DNA of 32,100 bases from Promethearchaeati archaeon (GTDB taxonomy: Archaea > Asgardarchaeota > Heimdallarchaeia > JABLTI01): NCBI GenBank assembly GCA_013166835.1, contig JABLTI010000021.1:1-32100 (forward strand). The letters run 5' to 3'. Under the pieces are notes generated by a model. The model did no database searches. It saw nothing but the letters and a program-made list of their open reading frames with translations, and was not told the DNA's origin. Both the position numbers and the translations under genes were made by a program. Below are positions 8,214 through 18,130 of the stretch, piece by piece (position 1 is the first letter of the stretch; each line of letters starts with the position of its first letter).

Positions 8214-8903
8214 ATGACTAATGAAAACAACTCTAAAACTAATAATCGTTTTTCCATTCCAAAAGTTTATGATCTAATTGCTGAAAGCTTTGACTCCAAA
8301 AGACGACATCCTTGGAAAGAAGTTATTCAATTTATCAAGCAGCTACCATCAACAAATCGGATTTTAGACTTAGGTTGTGGAAATGCTCGTCATACAAGCG
8401 TTATGCTCGAGAGAAATTTCGAAGCTATTGGTTTAGATATCTCATATAGAATACTACAAGCAGCAAAAGAAAACGAATTATCTTTAGTAAAAGATAAACT
8501 TACTAGTTTAATTAATGGTGACGCAAGAGTTCTTCCTTTTAAGAATAAAGTATTTAACAATGTCATAATGATTGCAGTACTTCATCATTTTGAGTCAAAA
8601 GATGACCGGCTGGAAATTTTACGAGAAATCATGCGAGTCTTAACAGAAAATGGCACTTGTCTTATTAGTACTTGGCTGAGGACGCATCCAAGATTCCAAA
8701 AAGAGGATTTATCTGAAATAGTAAAATTAGGAAAAAAAGACATCTTAGTCCCTTGGACTCTCCCAGATGGAAAGAAAATTAATCGGTATTATTACCTCTT
8801 TGATAAAGAAGAACTTGAAGCAATAGTTCTACAACTAGATTTTAAGATATTAAATAGCGAGATATCCAATCATAATTTGTTTTTAACAGTTAAAAAAACA
8901 TAA
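8214..8903 (+). CDS. Class I SAM methyltransferase, Trm9/ALKBH8-like tRNA U34 carboxymethyl methyltransferase candidate
   Basis: VYDLIAESFDSKRRHPW, LDLGCGNAR, IAVLHH, D-x-LVPW and RYYYLF-x-x-x-EL match the Trm9 family pattern. Confidence 0.8.
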   Translation: MTNENNSKTNNRFSIPKVYDLIAESFDSKRRHPWKEVIQFIKQLPSTNRILDLGCGNARHTSVMLERNFEAIGLDISYRILQAAKENELSLVKDKLTSLINGDARVLPFKNKVFNNVIMIAVLHHFESKDDRLEILREIMRVLTENGTCLISTWLRTHPRFQKEDLSEIVKLGKKDILVPWTLPDGKKINRYYYLFDKEELEAIVLQLDFKILNSEISNHNLFLTVKKT

Positions 8904-9030
8904 AATTACTTCTTATCTGCAAATTTGTTAAAAACCATTAATTTAAGAATGAATTGTTCTAATAATTAAGTATAGGAGTTTCGCAAGCTTTTATTCGAAT
9001 AGAAAATAAAGAAGATGGTGGAACCTAAAC

Positions 9031-10176
9031 ATGATTAAGAAAATAAAACGATTATATCATCGAAGAAAAGCAGTAAGCCCAGTTGTTGCTGCTCTTCTCT
9101 TAATAGCTCTAACTGTTGCAGCAGTTGCTATTGTTTATTTTGTAATAATTCCAATATTTCAAAGACATAGAATTGAGATTTCTATTGATAATATTAAGGA
9201 TACCAATAAGGACTCATTGTTTGATGAAATTTCACTGTATATTGTGAATACTGGTACAAAAACAGTGGAAATTACAAATGTTACTGTTTGGACAGCAACT
9301 ACTAATGACCTTGGGAACTCGGATAACTGGATCCCTCATCTGGATTGGACTTTTGATAATCCTGCTCAAGCTACCTCTGATCCCTCTGAAGTGTATTCAG
9401 CAAAAGTAAGCGGTGATAATCAAATTGGTTTAACAATTTGGGAAAATACCTATTATCGTTTAGAAATTCAGTACACTGGAAGCAAAACTGCGTATTTTAG
9501 TGATTGGATTTCCTTAAATGATCAAGTGGATCTATTTGACATACTTACTAACTTTTCACAATTTAACTTAACCGCTTCGGGTTTTGAAGGAACAATCGAT
9601 GATCCAAGTCGAGCTGCAAATAATTACTTGACAAATACTGATGGTGATTGGCAATTAAATGAAGACGCTGTTAAACTTCTACCAGTATTAGATGAAACAC
9701 AATATGTTCCATTTTATATTGGTTCACAAATAGTTGTTTTTCACTCAATAAATGGTAACTTAACTGAACAGCCACTCGTGCAAACTTTTGATATAAGTAG
9801 TAATCCATTTAGAGCAAGTAAATTCTTCATCTTAGGATTAGCTGGATCTTGGGGTGACAATTTTGCAACTAATGATTGGGCTGTTAATTTAACGTTTGTT
9901 TATACAGATGATTCAACTAATAACTATCTTATGAATCATTCATACGTTGATGATTGGTGGTATGATGCAAATCCTGGTGGCATTTGTATTTCCGCTGCAA
10001 CAGGTGCAGTTACAGAAATAGACCTTGGCACACAAGCTGATACTCCTCACTCTCACATTCATACCCATACAACTAGATTTTACTTGGATTATTTCAAATA
10101 TCTTAAAGCTGTTATTTTTGCTGATCCTGGTGATGATCAATCAGGCGGACATTTACTATCACTAACGTTTAGATAA
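9031..10176 (+). CDS. Large type IV pilin-like protein with class III signal peptide, paralog 1
   Basis: RRKA|VSPVVAALLLIALTVAAVAIVY prepilin motif; large Asn/Asp/Thr-rich ectodomain; GGTGG RBS. Confidence 0.85.
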   Translation: MIKKIKRLYHRRKAVSPVVAALLLIALTVAAVAIVYFVIIPIFQRHRIEISIDNIKDTNKDSLFDEISLYIVNTGTKTVEITNVTVWTATTNDLGNSDNWIPHLDWTFDNPAQATSDPSEVYSAKVSGDNQIGLTIWENTYYRLEIQYTGSKTAYFSDWISLNDQVDLFDILTNFSQFNLTASGFEGTIDDPSRAANNYLTNTDGDWQLNEDAVKLLPVLDETQYVPFYIGSQIVVFHSINGNLTEQPLVQTFDISSNPFRASKFFILGLAGSWGDNFATNDWAVNLTFVYTDDSTNNYLMNHSYVDDWWYDANPGGICISAATGAVTEIDLGTQADTPHSHIHTHTTRFYLDYFKYLKAVIFADPGDDQSGGHLLSLTFR

Positions 10177-10183
10177 TTTGATG

Positions 10184-10221
10184 ATCTAGCAATTTGCTAG
10201 ATTCCCTTTTCCTTTTTTTTT
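10184..10221 (+). terminator. Inverted repeat plus T-tract after pilin-like gene 1
   Basis: ATCTAGCAA-T-TTGCTAGAT (10184-10202) followed by T-runs. Confidence 0.55.
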
Positions 10222-10348
10222 GGTTATTTTTCGAAATTATCCAGAACCGAAAGAATATATGTGAGAGTTCATAATAATATACTGCGCAAAAAAAATTAAT
10301 TAACTATGAGAAAGAACATCTTACTATAATTCATTGGTGTTATCACTT

Positions 10349-11518
10349 ATGCTGAAAACAATTAGAAAGTTGATTAGAAAAAGAAAAGCAGTAAGCCCTG
10401 TAATTGCTGCTATCTTGTTAATCGCTTTAACTGTAAGTTCTGTATCAATTGTCTATTTCTTAGTTATACCTATGTTTAGTAGAACAAATCTTTACGCTTC
10501 TATACATAACATAAAGGACCGAAATAAGGATTCTTGGTTTGATGAAATCACTCTTTTTGTTTCAAACCTTGGCACCAAGCAGGTCGAAATTTCTCAAGTG
10601 ATAGTTTGGACTGTCTCAAGGAGCTCCTTAGGTGATAAGAGTCAATGGGTAAAACATGAAGCATGGAATTTCACTATAACGGGTAGCAATATTGTTCATC
10701 CATCAGATCCTAAAACAGTGAAATTGCGAACTGATAACAGCTATGTTTTAGGTTCAGATCAAATTGAATTAGATTTGTATGATGATACACATTATCGTCT
10801 AGAAATTCATCAATCAGGTCAAGCAGCTACTTATATTACCGATTGGGCTTTATTAAATGAACAAGCCGATTTTGATGATGTGCTTGATAATTTTGAAGTT
10901 TTTGATTTACAGGTTTACGGCTTAGAAGGTTCCATAGATGTTCCTGGTTGGCCTTCTAACAATTATTGGACAACAGGCGGCGAAGATCATGGGCCATTGT
11001 TGCCAGGCCAAAACGTTTGGTTGCCTGTTCCAGGACAAAGTGATTATGTCAAATTCTATTATACAGGTAAAATCGTTATTTTCCATTCAATTAATGGAAA
11101 TCTTACTACTCAACCAACATTTCAACAAATAAATAGAACAGCTGTTCCGTTCAGAGCAAACAAGCTTTATCTTTTAGGACTAGCTGGTTCCTGGGGTGAT
11201 GAGTTTCCTAATGGTGCTACTGCTTTAACTTTCAATGTTACATATACTGATGGGAGTAGTGATATCTGGAATCTTGGCCATGAATATATAGATGATTGGT
11301 GGTATAACTCAAATGCTGGGGGTAGGTGTGTTAGTGCTCCTTTTGGAATAATAAGGGAGATAGACCTTGGATATCAATTAGATTATCCTGGCCAACCTAT
11401 TCATACTCATACTGCCAGTTTTTCAGTAAATATATTCAAGTATATTCAATATATTTCATTTACAGATCCTGGTAATGATGCTAGTGGTCCACACCTTATT
11501 TCGATATCTGCTGGTTAA
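10349..11518 (+). CDS. Large type IV pilin-like protein with class III signal peptide, paralog 2
   Basis: KRKA|VSPVIAAILLIALTV; co-linear with 9031..10176 (FHSINGNLT, LGLAGSWGD, DDWWY, IHTHT, DPG shared); ATG at 10349. Confidence 0.85.
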   Translation: MLKTIRKLIRKRKAVSPVIAAILLIALTVSSVSIVYFLVIPMFSRTNLYASIHNIKDRNKDSWFDEITLFVSNLGTKQVEISQVIVWTVSRSSLGDKSQWVKHEAWNFTITGSNIVHPSDPKTVKLRTDNSYVLGSDQIELDLYDDTHYRLEIHQSGQAATYITDWALLNEQADFDDVLDNFEVFDLQVYGLEGSIDVPGWPSNNYWTTGGEDHGPLLPGQNVWLPVPGQSDYVKFYYTGKIVIFHSINGNLTTQPTFQQINRTAVPFRANKLYLLGLAGSWGDEFPNGATALTFNVTYTDGSSDIWNLGHEYIDDWWYNSNAGGRCVSAPFGIIREIDLGYQLDYPGQPIHTHTASFSVNIFKYIQYISFTDPGNDASGPHLISISAG

Positions 11519-11538
11519 GGAACTTCCATCAATTTTTT

Positions 11539-12309
11539 TTATTTTTGTGTTAGTAGTTGAAGATATTTTGGGAGAGGTTTATTGTGGAGTTCCAAAACCT
11601 TCAAATCCGCTTCCAGAGCATTGTCGGAAATTATTATTTTTCCCCATTGATTTGGTTGTCCTTTAGCTGCTTCTCCTAACAAAACCTTGGTTCCATCACA
11701 AATGTATAGATTAAAAGGAGCATATTTTTCAACAGACTGATAAATTTCGCTTACAGATTTATGCAAATCATCATGTAACGAATTTCTTTTTGCTGAATCT
11801 GAATTTTCCTGATACTTCCCTTTTGGTGGTAATCCAAAGAAATTCTTAATAGCATTTGATAGGAAAAATTGACCTTCATCATCCTCATAGAATTTTATTA
11901 CAGGTAATGATATTCTAATATCCACTTGACTTAAAATCTTCGGTAGAAAATGTGAGACTTTGTTTGGTAATTCAACTTCAATACTCTCTTGTTTGTTTAA
12001 ATCAATATAATCAACATTGTGACCCTTTAGTTCCTCAATTAATCCTGTTGCTTCATAATTCTCTAGGGCATTAGAATGACTAGTTGATCCTTCACCAATC
12101 ATTATTTGTTGGGCATTTAATTCACTTAATACCTCTACAATATTTCTAATAACTATTGTAGAAGTAGTATATGGTGCTGGTTTTGGATAACCCATATTTG
12201 GTTTAAGTAAAATTTTTTTGTTTTGTATTTGTTCAACTAATTTTTTCTTTACTATCCACTCATGTAGTTGGTTTTTTAATTCCTTAATATCTTCAATAAT
12301 TGTGATCAA
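11539..12309 (-). CDS. DUF362 family protein
   Basis: KILLKPN, IGEG, ISLPVIK, A-x-KNFFG, DG and D-x-x-x-x-D motifs typical of DUF362. Confidence 0.75.
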   Translation of the reverse strand: MITIIEDIKELKNQLHEWIVKKKLVEQIQNKKILLKPNMGYPKPAPYTTSTIVIRNIVEVLSELNAQQIMIGEGSTSHSNALENYEATGLIEELKGHNVDYIDLNKQESIEVELPNKVSHFLPKILSQVDIRISLPVIKFYEDDEGQFFLSNAIKNFFGLPPKGKYQENSDSAKRNSLHDDLHKSVSEIYQSVEKYAPFNLYICDGTKVLLGEAAKGQPNQWGKIIISDNALEADLKVLELHNKPLPKYLQLLTQK

Positions 12310-12328
12310 TTTTTTTTACCACAATAAT

Positions 12329-13321
12329 TTATTTCTCTTGCTTCTTCAATTCGAAATCTAACAAGTCTAAAAATTTATTCCATTTACTCTTTTTAATTCG
12401 AGCTCCAGCTGCTGTAGGATGACCACCACCACTTCCCCCGACTTCTTTGGTTGCATTTCTTACTGCTATATTTAGATCATAGTTCTCATCTCGTCTTCGT
12501 AGAGACATAGAGATATTGTCACCAAATGAATTTCCACATACTCCTACCGGTTTATCAGTAGCTGTCGCTGCAAATAATGCTCCTTTACCTTTGAACCCTC
12601 CTCCAGTTGGTATATCTAGAATATAACCAACAAACTTTTTGTGTTTAGCATTTTCATGAACATATTTTCTGACTGATTTTTCTACTTGACTTCCCCTTAA
12701 AGCTTTATCAACAAGATCATTTAGTTCACTAGGTAAAACACCAAGTGCTAATCTCTCAATAATACTCCTCTTCATTTTCATTTCATCTTCAACTGGAATT
12801 TCACCCAGAGCTTGAACAATAATTGCTGCTTGGAAAGCAATACTTCGTTCGTCATAATCGTTCATTACTTCCTGAGCGAATAAAGTATCCATTTTATAAT
12901 CTCCCACAGCTCCAACAGCGGCCAACAATTTATGTTCCCAACTTAGTTTATCCTCGAAATGCAGGTACGTAAGTTCAGCTGCACAAGCATCTTGTCTATG
13001 AATCGTTTCGGTTGCTGGAATATCTTTTTTCTTTATTCCTAATGGAAGTGGGTGATGATCAATATAGATGATTTCACTCCCATTTTTCAGTAAACTCTTC
13101 ATTTCATTGAAAACTTTATTGTAATCATTCTCATTGAGAGCAATGTCTGTTATGATTATTTTATCGTATTTTTGCTTGATTTTCTTTAAATCGTCATCCA
13201 GTTGAATTGGTCGTGTTAACCAAATACGTGCTCCGGGATGAGCAGCTAAGGCAATAGCTCCTGAAGTCATTCCATCACAATCACCATGACAAAGAATTAT
13301 TGTATCTTTCATTATCATCAC
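12329..13321 (-). CDS. DHH/DHHA1 family phosphoesterase (RecJ/NrnA-like)
   Basis: HGDCDG, ITDIA, IDHH, GD, SLR and GGGH-x-x-AAG motifs. Confidence 0.9.
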   Translation of the reverse strand: MMIMKDTIILCHGDCDGMTSGAIALAAHPGARIWLTRPIQLDDDLKKIKQKYDKIIITDIALNENDYNKVFNEMKSLLKNGSEIIYIDHHPLPLGIKKKDIPATETIHRQDACAAELTYLHFEDKLSWEHKLLAAVGAVGDYKMDTLFAQEVMNDYDERSIAFQAAIIVQALGEIPVEDEMKMKRSIIERLALGVLPSELNDLVDKALRGSQVEKSVRKYVHENAKHKKFVGYILDIPTGGGFKGKGALFAATATDKPVGVCGNSFGDNISMSLRRRDENYDLNIAVRNATKEVGGSGGGHPTAAGARIKKSKWNKFLDLLDFELKKQEK

Positions 13322-13446
13322 AACTTTTCATAATACAATTCATCATTTGAAATATAGATTTAACCCTACCTTTATCTCTATTAGAAACAAATATTTAAAG
13401 ACCTTAGAGATTCTTTGCCAAATATATAAATTAAGGATGTATTCTT

Positions 13447-14355
13447 GTGAACGCTTACATATTACATGCTGGTTGGAAATTAAAACCACAACCAGAACCC
13501 TATATTATGTTTAATACACAGGGAAGCGAACAAGAGAACTTGTTAATTTTAAAACAAGGGGAAAACATAACAATTAAAGTAAAACCTAATCAAGAAAAAA
13601 CTTGTGTGGGTTTTCATAGTGCTTCAGGAAAGCACATACCATGTAAAACTACAGAATTAATTCCTTTAAACAAAGTTCAATGTCAAAGCTGTAGTTTATC
13701 AGAATTTTTCATTTGTAAAGCAATTTGTCAAGGAGATTTTTGTCATCCTTCCAGTGAAGAAGCTAATGAGCATTGCTGGAAAACTCCCGCCAGTGTCTAT
13801 CTTACTCATATTGCAGGGAAGATTAAGGTAGGATCTTCAACCAGTACTTTGCGAAGATGGATAGGGCAAGGTAGCGATGCAGGAATTCGTATTGCTGAAG
13901 GCGTTGGTTTAGCACCAAGAGCATTAGAACATCAAATTAGTACCAAATTCTCCCTACCCTTAGCCATTAGAACAAGTCAAAAAATGAAATTTATAGGAAA
14001 AAAGATTGACAAAGATAAAATAACCAATCAATTAAAGTCAATCATTAATGAAATATATAAAACAATGAAATCTGAAATTTTAATCCCGAAAAAGGGTTTG
14101 GAACCCATAACTTTTCTGGACAAGTTTTTCAGTGAAATACCTTCAATGAATGTTCAACCATTAGTTCTCAAGCTAGACAAAACTGGTTTAGATTTAAGTG
14201 GAAAAATCGTTGGAGTAAAAGGATCAATTTTGGTAGTGAAAAACGTTGAAACATATTTTGCTCTTCCTCTTGATCCACTAGTAGGTATACAAGCTCATCT
14301 AAGTCAAGAATATGAAGAAATGAAGGGGCAAAAGAGTTTGTTTGATTTTGTTTGA
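13447..14355 (+). CDS. DUF2797 family Cys-rich protein with a C-terminal PIP box
   Basis: CVG...C...QCQSC...C...C...HC cluster, VYL...IKVG, RWIGQG, G-x-IVGVKG motifs; ends QKSLFDFV. Confidence 0.78.
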   Translation: MNAYILHAGWKLKPQPEPYIMFNTQGSEQENLLILKQGENITIKVKPNQEKTCVGFHSASGKHIPCKTTELIPLNKVQCQSCSLSEFFICKAICQGDFCHPSSEEANEHCWKTPASVYLTHIAGKIKVGSSTSTLRRWIGQGSDAGIRIAEGVGLAPRALEHQISTKFSLPLAIRTSQKMKFIGKKIDKDKITNQLKSIINEIYKTMKSEILIPKKGLEPITFLDKFFSEIPSMNVQPLVLKLDKTGLDLSGKIVGVKGSILVVKNVETYFALPLDPLVGIQAHLSQEYEEMKGQKSLFDFV

Positions 14356-14357
14356 AT

Positions 14358-14969
14358 TTATATGGATTTGGAATTTACAGAATACTTTTCTCGATTACTT
14401 TTATAACTTGAAACATAAGCACTAAAAACTAACACAAAGATCACTATTATTATTGACACAACTAAATTGAGCATAACAACTCTCCCGTATGAAATCAGAA
14501 AATCTTCTGTTTTCAAACTAGCTCCCCAATACAGGAAGACAACAACACAACCAATTATAATACTGGAAATTATGAATAAAGGCCAAATTATTCTTTGAGA
14601 TATTTTGATTCGTGTTATTTTTTCATTAAAAACTGAAAGAATTGTTACTATTGTTGTTAGAAGCAGAAAGAAGATTATAGCTGTAATGAATACCCAACTT
14701 AATTGTGCTGGAAAATTAGCAGCAAATCCTTCAGTGGTGGTTTCTAATCCTATATCGAGTATTGAAAAATTTCCATTCCAAAAGTAGTATGTCACGGTAT
14801 CAGCTAATAAATCAGTAGAAATAATTATTGGAGTTCTAAAATAAAACACAAGTATATTGATGGAATAAATCATAAAAATCAAGCTAAAAATTGGAATTGG
14901 ATCTAAAAGCTTCTTGAGATATTTTGTGAAAGTAATATTATCCTCTTTTTTATCCTTTCTTTTACTCAT
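14358..14969 (-). CDS. Hypothetical 4-TM membrane protein
   Basis: Four hydrophobic segments, with an extracellular loop between TM1 and TM2. Confidence 0.7.
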   Translation of the reverse strand: MSKRKDKKEDNITFTKYLKKLLDPIPIFSLIFMIYSINILVFYFRTPIIISTDLLADTVTYYFWNGNFSILDIGLETTTEGFAANFPAQLSWVFITAIIFFLLLTTIVTILSVFNEKITRIKISQRIIWPLFIISSIIIGCVVVFLYWGASLKTEDFLISYGRVVMLNLVVSIIIVIFVLVFSAYVSSYKSNREKYSVNSKSI

Positions 14970-14984
14970 TTTAGATCCATCATT

Positions 14985-15461
14985 TTATTTTTCAGAATTT
15001 TTATTCATAAATTTAAATCTAAAATAAACTAAACCTATAGGTAGAATACAAAGAATTAATCCTAAAATGAGAGAGACAATTGCTAGACCGAGATCTGATC
15101 CGGAAAGTGCTTTTGTAAGTACAACTATAATTTCAACTACTGGCATTAGCCCTAGAGTAAGAGACCCTAACAATGCCCAGAAATAATTATTTTCAAAATA
15201 AATAAATGCTAGTGTCCCTCCTGCTAAAATAAACATTAGTATGCCAAGGTATAAGAAAATCTCAGTAAAAGAATAATTTGTAATAATAAAGATCGAAATA
15301 ATGTCAAGTATCAGAAACATCGACAATAAAATAGAAATCCACATTGTTCTTTGTTTTATATAATATGAAAAATAAGTTTCATTTTCACCTGCTTCATCGC
15401 TACCAACTGTTTTGTTTTCCTTCAAAGGCATTTTATTTTTCATATCCACAACTTTGGTCAA
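14985..15461 (-). CDS. Hypothetical 4-TM membrane protein
   Basis: Four hydrophobic segments; 15 nt from the next gene, probably co-transcribed; start uncertain. Confidence 0.7.
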   Translation of the reverse strand: MTKVVDMKNKMPLKENKTVGSDEAGENETYFSYYIKQRTMWISILLSMFLILDIISIFIITNYSFTEIFLYLGILMFILAGGTLAFIYFENNYFWALLGSLTLGLMPVVEIIVVLTKALSGSDLGLAIVSLILGLILCILPIGLVYFRFKFMNKNSEK

Positions 15462-15667
15462 ATTAGTAATTGCAAACTCAGTTTTAAAGATTAGCTAGTC
15501 TAGGTTTAGTAATCTTATAAGCAATAAGAAACAACTTTTAAAAAAAACTAAATATTGCTTAAAAAGCATAACATTTTAGTTTTAGTCATCTCCCTAGTAA
15601 ACACAATTAATAGTAACTTTAATCTATAAAACAAAAATTCTATGTAATAAATAAGAGTGGGAATTGA

Positions 15668-18124
15668 ATGTCTGACGAGAAATATATTCAACACAAATAC
15701 ATCAAGCCTGAAAGTATTGAAGCTCGTCTATACCAACAAACAATTTTTGCTAAAACATTAAAAGGAAATACTTTGGTAGTTTTACCAACAGGTTTAGGAA
15801 AAACAATTATTCTTGCACTTTTAACCGCTAAACGTATGGAGCAATATCCTGATTCTTTCATATTACTTATAGCTCCAACTAAACCATTAGTTGAGCAACA
15901 CCTCAAAACATTCCAGAAAGTTTTCAATATCATTGAGGATGAAATTGTGATGTTAACAGGTTCTGTTTTACCTGAGAAAAGAATCAAAATTTGGAAACAA
16001 GCCCAAATCATAATCGCAACTCCTCAAGTTGTAGAAAATGATCTTTTAGCTAAGAGACTTGATTTAAAGAGATGCTCTCTTCTTGGAGTTGATGAAGCAC
16101 ATCGTTCCGTAGGCGATTACGCTTATGTTTATGTTGCAAAACAATATATGAAAAAAGCAGCAAATCCATTAATCTTAGGTATAACAGCATCCCCGGGATC
16201 AGATCAAGAGAAGATTAATGAAGTTTGTAAGAATCTCTCGATAAATCATGTGGAGACTAGAATAGAATCTTCAACTGATGTTAAACCGTACGTGCAAAAA
16301 ACAGATGTTGATTGGGTACATCTTGAATTACCAGAGAAATTCTTGAGAATTAAAACACTCCTTGAACGATCATTATCATCGAAACTAAAAGAACTGAAAC
16401 GTTTAGGTTGGCTTCAGTCGTCAAGTATTAATGTTCGTCGTAAAGATTTATTGAGATTACCACCTCAAATTACAAAACAATTTGATAAAACAGAAAATGC
16501 AACAGAATTATATCTAGCTCTTGGTCTAGTAGGTTCATCAATTAGATTGACTCATGCATTAGAATTACTCGAAACACAAGGTATTAGCTCATTGATCATG
16601 TATTTTGAAAAAATGCATAAAGAAGCTAAGAGCTCAAAAGCTACTCGAAATCTTATTTCACTATTGAGTGAAGATCCTCTAATTGTTTCTTATGATATTG
16701 CAAAGCAAATATTCGAAGATGGTTTCGAACATCCTAAGATCCCTGAATTAACGAAAATCGTGGGTGAAATGGTTCGAGAGAGCCCTGATTCTAGGATTTT
16801 GGTCTTTACACAATATCGTAATTCAGCCAAAAAATTAGCCGATATTCTAAATGATATTGATAATGTGAAAGCATCTCGGTTTGTAGGGCAAGCTTCTAAA
16901 GCTGGGGATAAAGGATTCTCTCAGAAAAAGCAATTAGAAGTAATGCAACAATTTCGTGATGGACTCTTCAATTGTTTGGTTGCAACTAGTGTTGGCGAAG
17001 AGGGGTTAGATGTATCCGAGTGTGATTTAGTGGTTTTCTATGACTGTGTACCTTCAGCAATAAGAAATATTCAAAGAAGAGGACGCACGGGTAGACAAAG
17101 AGCTGGGAGAGTTGTTGTTTTAATTACTAAGGGAACCCGTGATGAAGGATATTTCTGGGCTGCAAGACGTAAAGAACGTCAAATGAAGAGAAACTTGAGG
17201 GAACTGGAGAAATATGGGAAGAAAGCCATAGATACAAAGCAAAGATCCATGGAAGATTTCTTCGCAGCAGCTACAGATGATGCTGAAATTGAAGAAGATA
17301 AAGTTTCTGAAGATACCCCTTTTGATGAATTAGCAATTCTCTCAGATGAAGCATTAAGTAAACTCGAAGATGAAATAGAAAGTGATACAAGTCAAAGTGT
17401 ACCGCAAATAACTGATGCTGAGATTGAAAACATTGCTAAATTCTTCACAGAAGATGATGATTCATCTGCACCGGACAAAGTAAAGATAATAGTTGATTCC
17501 AGAGAAGGAAAATCTGGAATTGCTAAAGAACTCTCTCAATTAGATGTGGAAATAGATTTACAGCAGATTACCGTTGGAGATTTTGTTCTAAGCTCTCGAG
17601 TGGGTGTGGAAAGAAAAGACGTTGCTGATTTTAGTCAAAGTATTATAGATGGCCGACTTTTCCCACAATTAATTGCTTTGAAAAGGAGTTATCCGATTCC
17701 TCTTCTAATATTAGAAGGCGAGACATTATATGGTCACCGAGCTATAAATCCTGAAGCAATTAGAGGTGCAATCTCAACAATAACTCTGAATTTTGACATT
17801 CGAATAATTTGGTCTAGAAGCACGAAAGATACTGCAAGATTTTTACGAAACATAGCAAAACGAGAACAAAGAAAAAGTGATAGAACTCCAAGTATAAGAA
17901 CAGAGAAAGCTCCAATTGAAACTTCTGAATTACTTGAATTTATAATTGCAGGATTTCCTAATATTAACGCAGTATTAGCAAAACGAATACTAGATAAGTT
18001 TGGTTCTTTGGAGAATTTCTTCAATGCTTCCGTAGAAGAAATTCAAGAAATAAAAGGTATAGGTAAGAAAATTGCCTTGGAAATTAAGGAACTACTCGCT
18101 GTATCATACAAATCTGAAGAATAA
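15668..18124 (+). CDS. hef: Hef helicase/nuclease (FANCM/Mph1 ortholog): SF2 helicase, ERCC4 nuclease, HhH2
   Basis: PTGLGKT, DEAH, TASPG, QRRGRTGR; VDSRE, GDF, ERK nuclease motifs; IKGIGKK HhH; acidic linker. Confidence 0.96.
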   Translation: MSDEKYIQHKYIKPESIEARLYQQTIFAKTLKGNTLVVLPTGLGKTIILALLTAKRMEQYPDSFILLIAPTKPLVEQHLKTFQKVFNIIEDEIVMLTGSVLPEKRIKIWKQAQIIIATPQVVENDLLAKRLDLKRCSLLGVDEAHRSVGDYAYVYVAKQYMKKAANPLILGITASPGSDQEKINEVCKNLSINHVETRIESSTDVKPYVQKTDVDWVHLELPEKFLRIKTLLERSLSSKLKELKRLGWLQSSSINVRRKDLLRLPPQITKQFDKTENATELYLALGLVGSSIRLTHALELLETQGISSLIMYFEKMHKEAKSSKATRNLISLLSEDPLIVSYDIAKQIFEDGFEHPKIPELTKIVGEMVRESPDSRILVFTQYRNSAKKLADILNDIDNVKASRFVGQASKAGDKGFSQKKQLEVMQQFRDGLFNCLVATSVGEEGLDVSECDLVVFYDCVPSAIRNIQRRGRTGRQRAGRVVVLITKGTRDEGYFWAARRKERQMKRNLRELEKYGKKAIDTKQRSMEDFFAAATDDAEIEEDKVSEDTPFDELAILSDEALSKLEDEIESDTSQSVPQITDAEIENIAKFFTEDDDSSAPDKVKIIVDSREGKSGIAKELSQLDVEIDLQQITVGDFVLSSRVGVERKDVADFSQSIIDGRLFPQLIALKRSYPIPLLILEGETLYGHRAINPEAIRGAISTITLNFDIRIIWSRSTKDTARFLRNIAKREQRKSDRTPSIRTEKAPIETSELLEFIIAGFPNINAVLAKRILDKFGSLENFFNASVEEIQEIKGIGKKIALEIKELLAVSYKSEE

Positions 18125-18130
18125 TTGTAA

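Noticed and set aside
8214-8903. Methyltransferase as NmbA (N-methyl-bacillithiol)
   Set aside because: Motifs fit the Trm9 family, and it lies 17 kb from the bsh operon.
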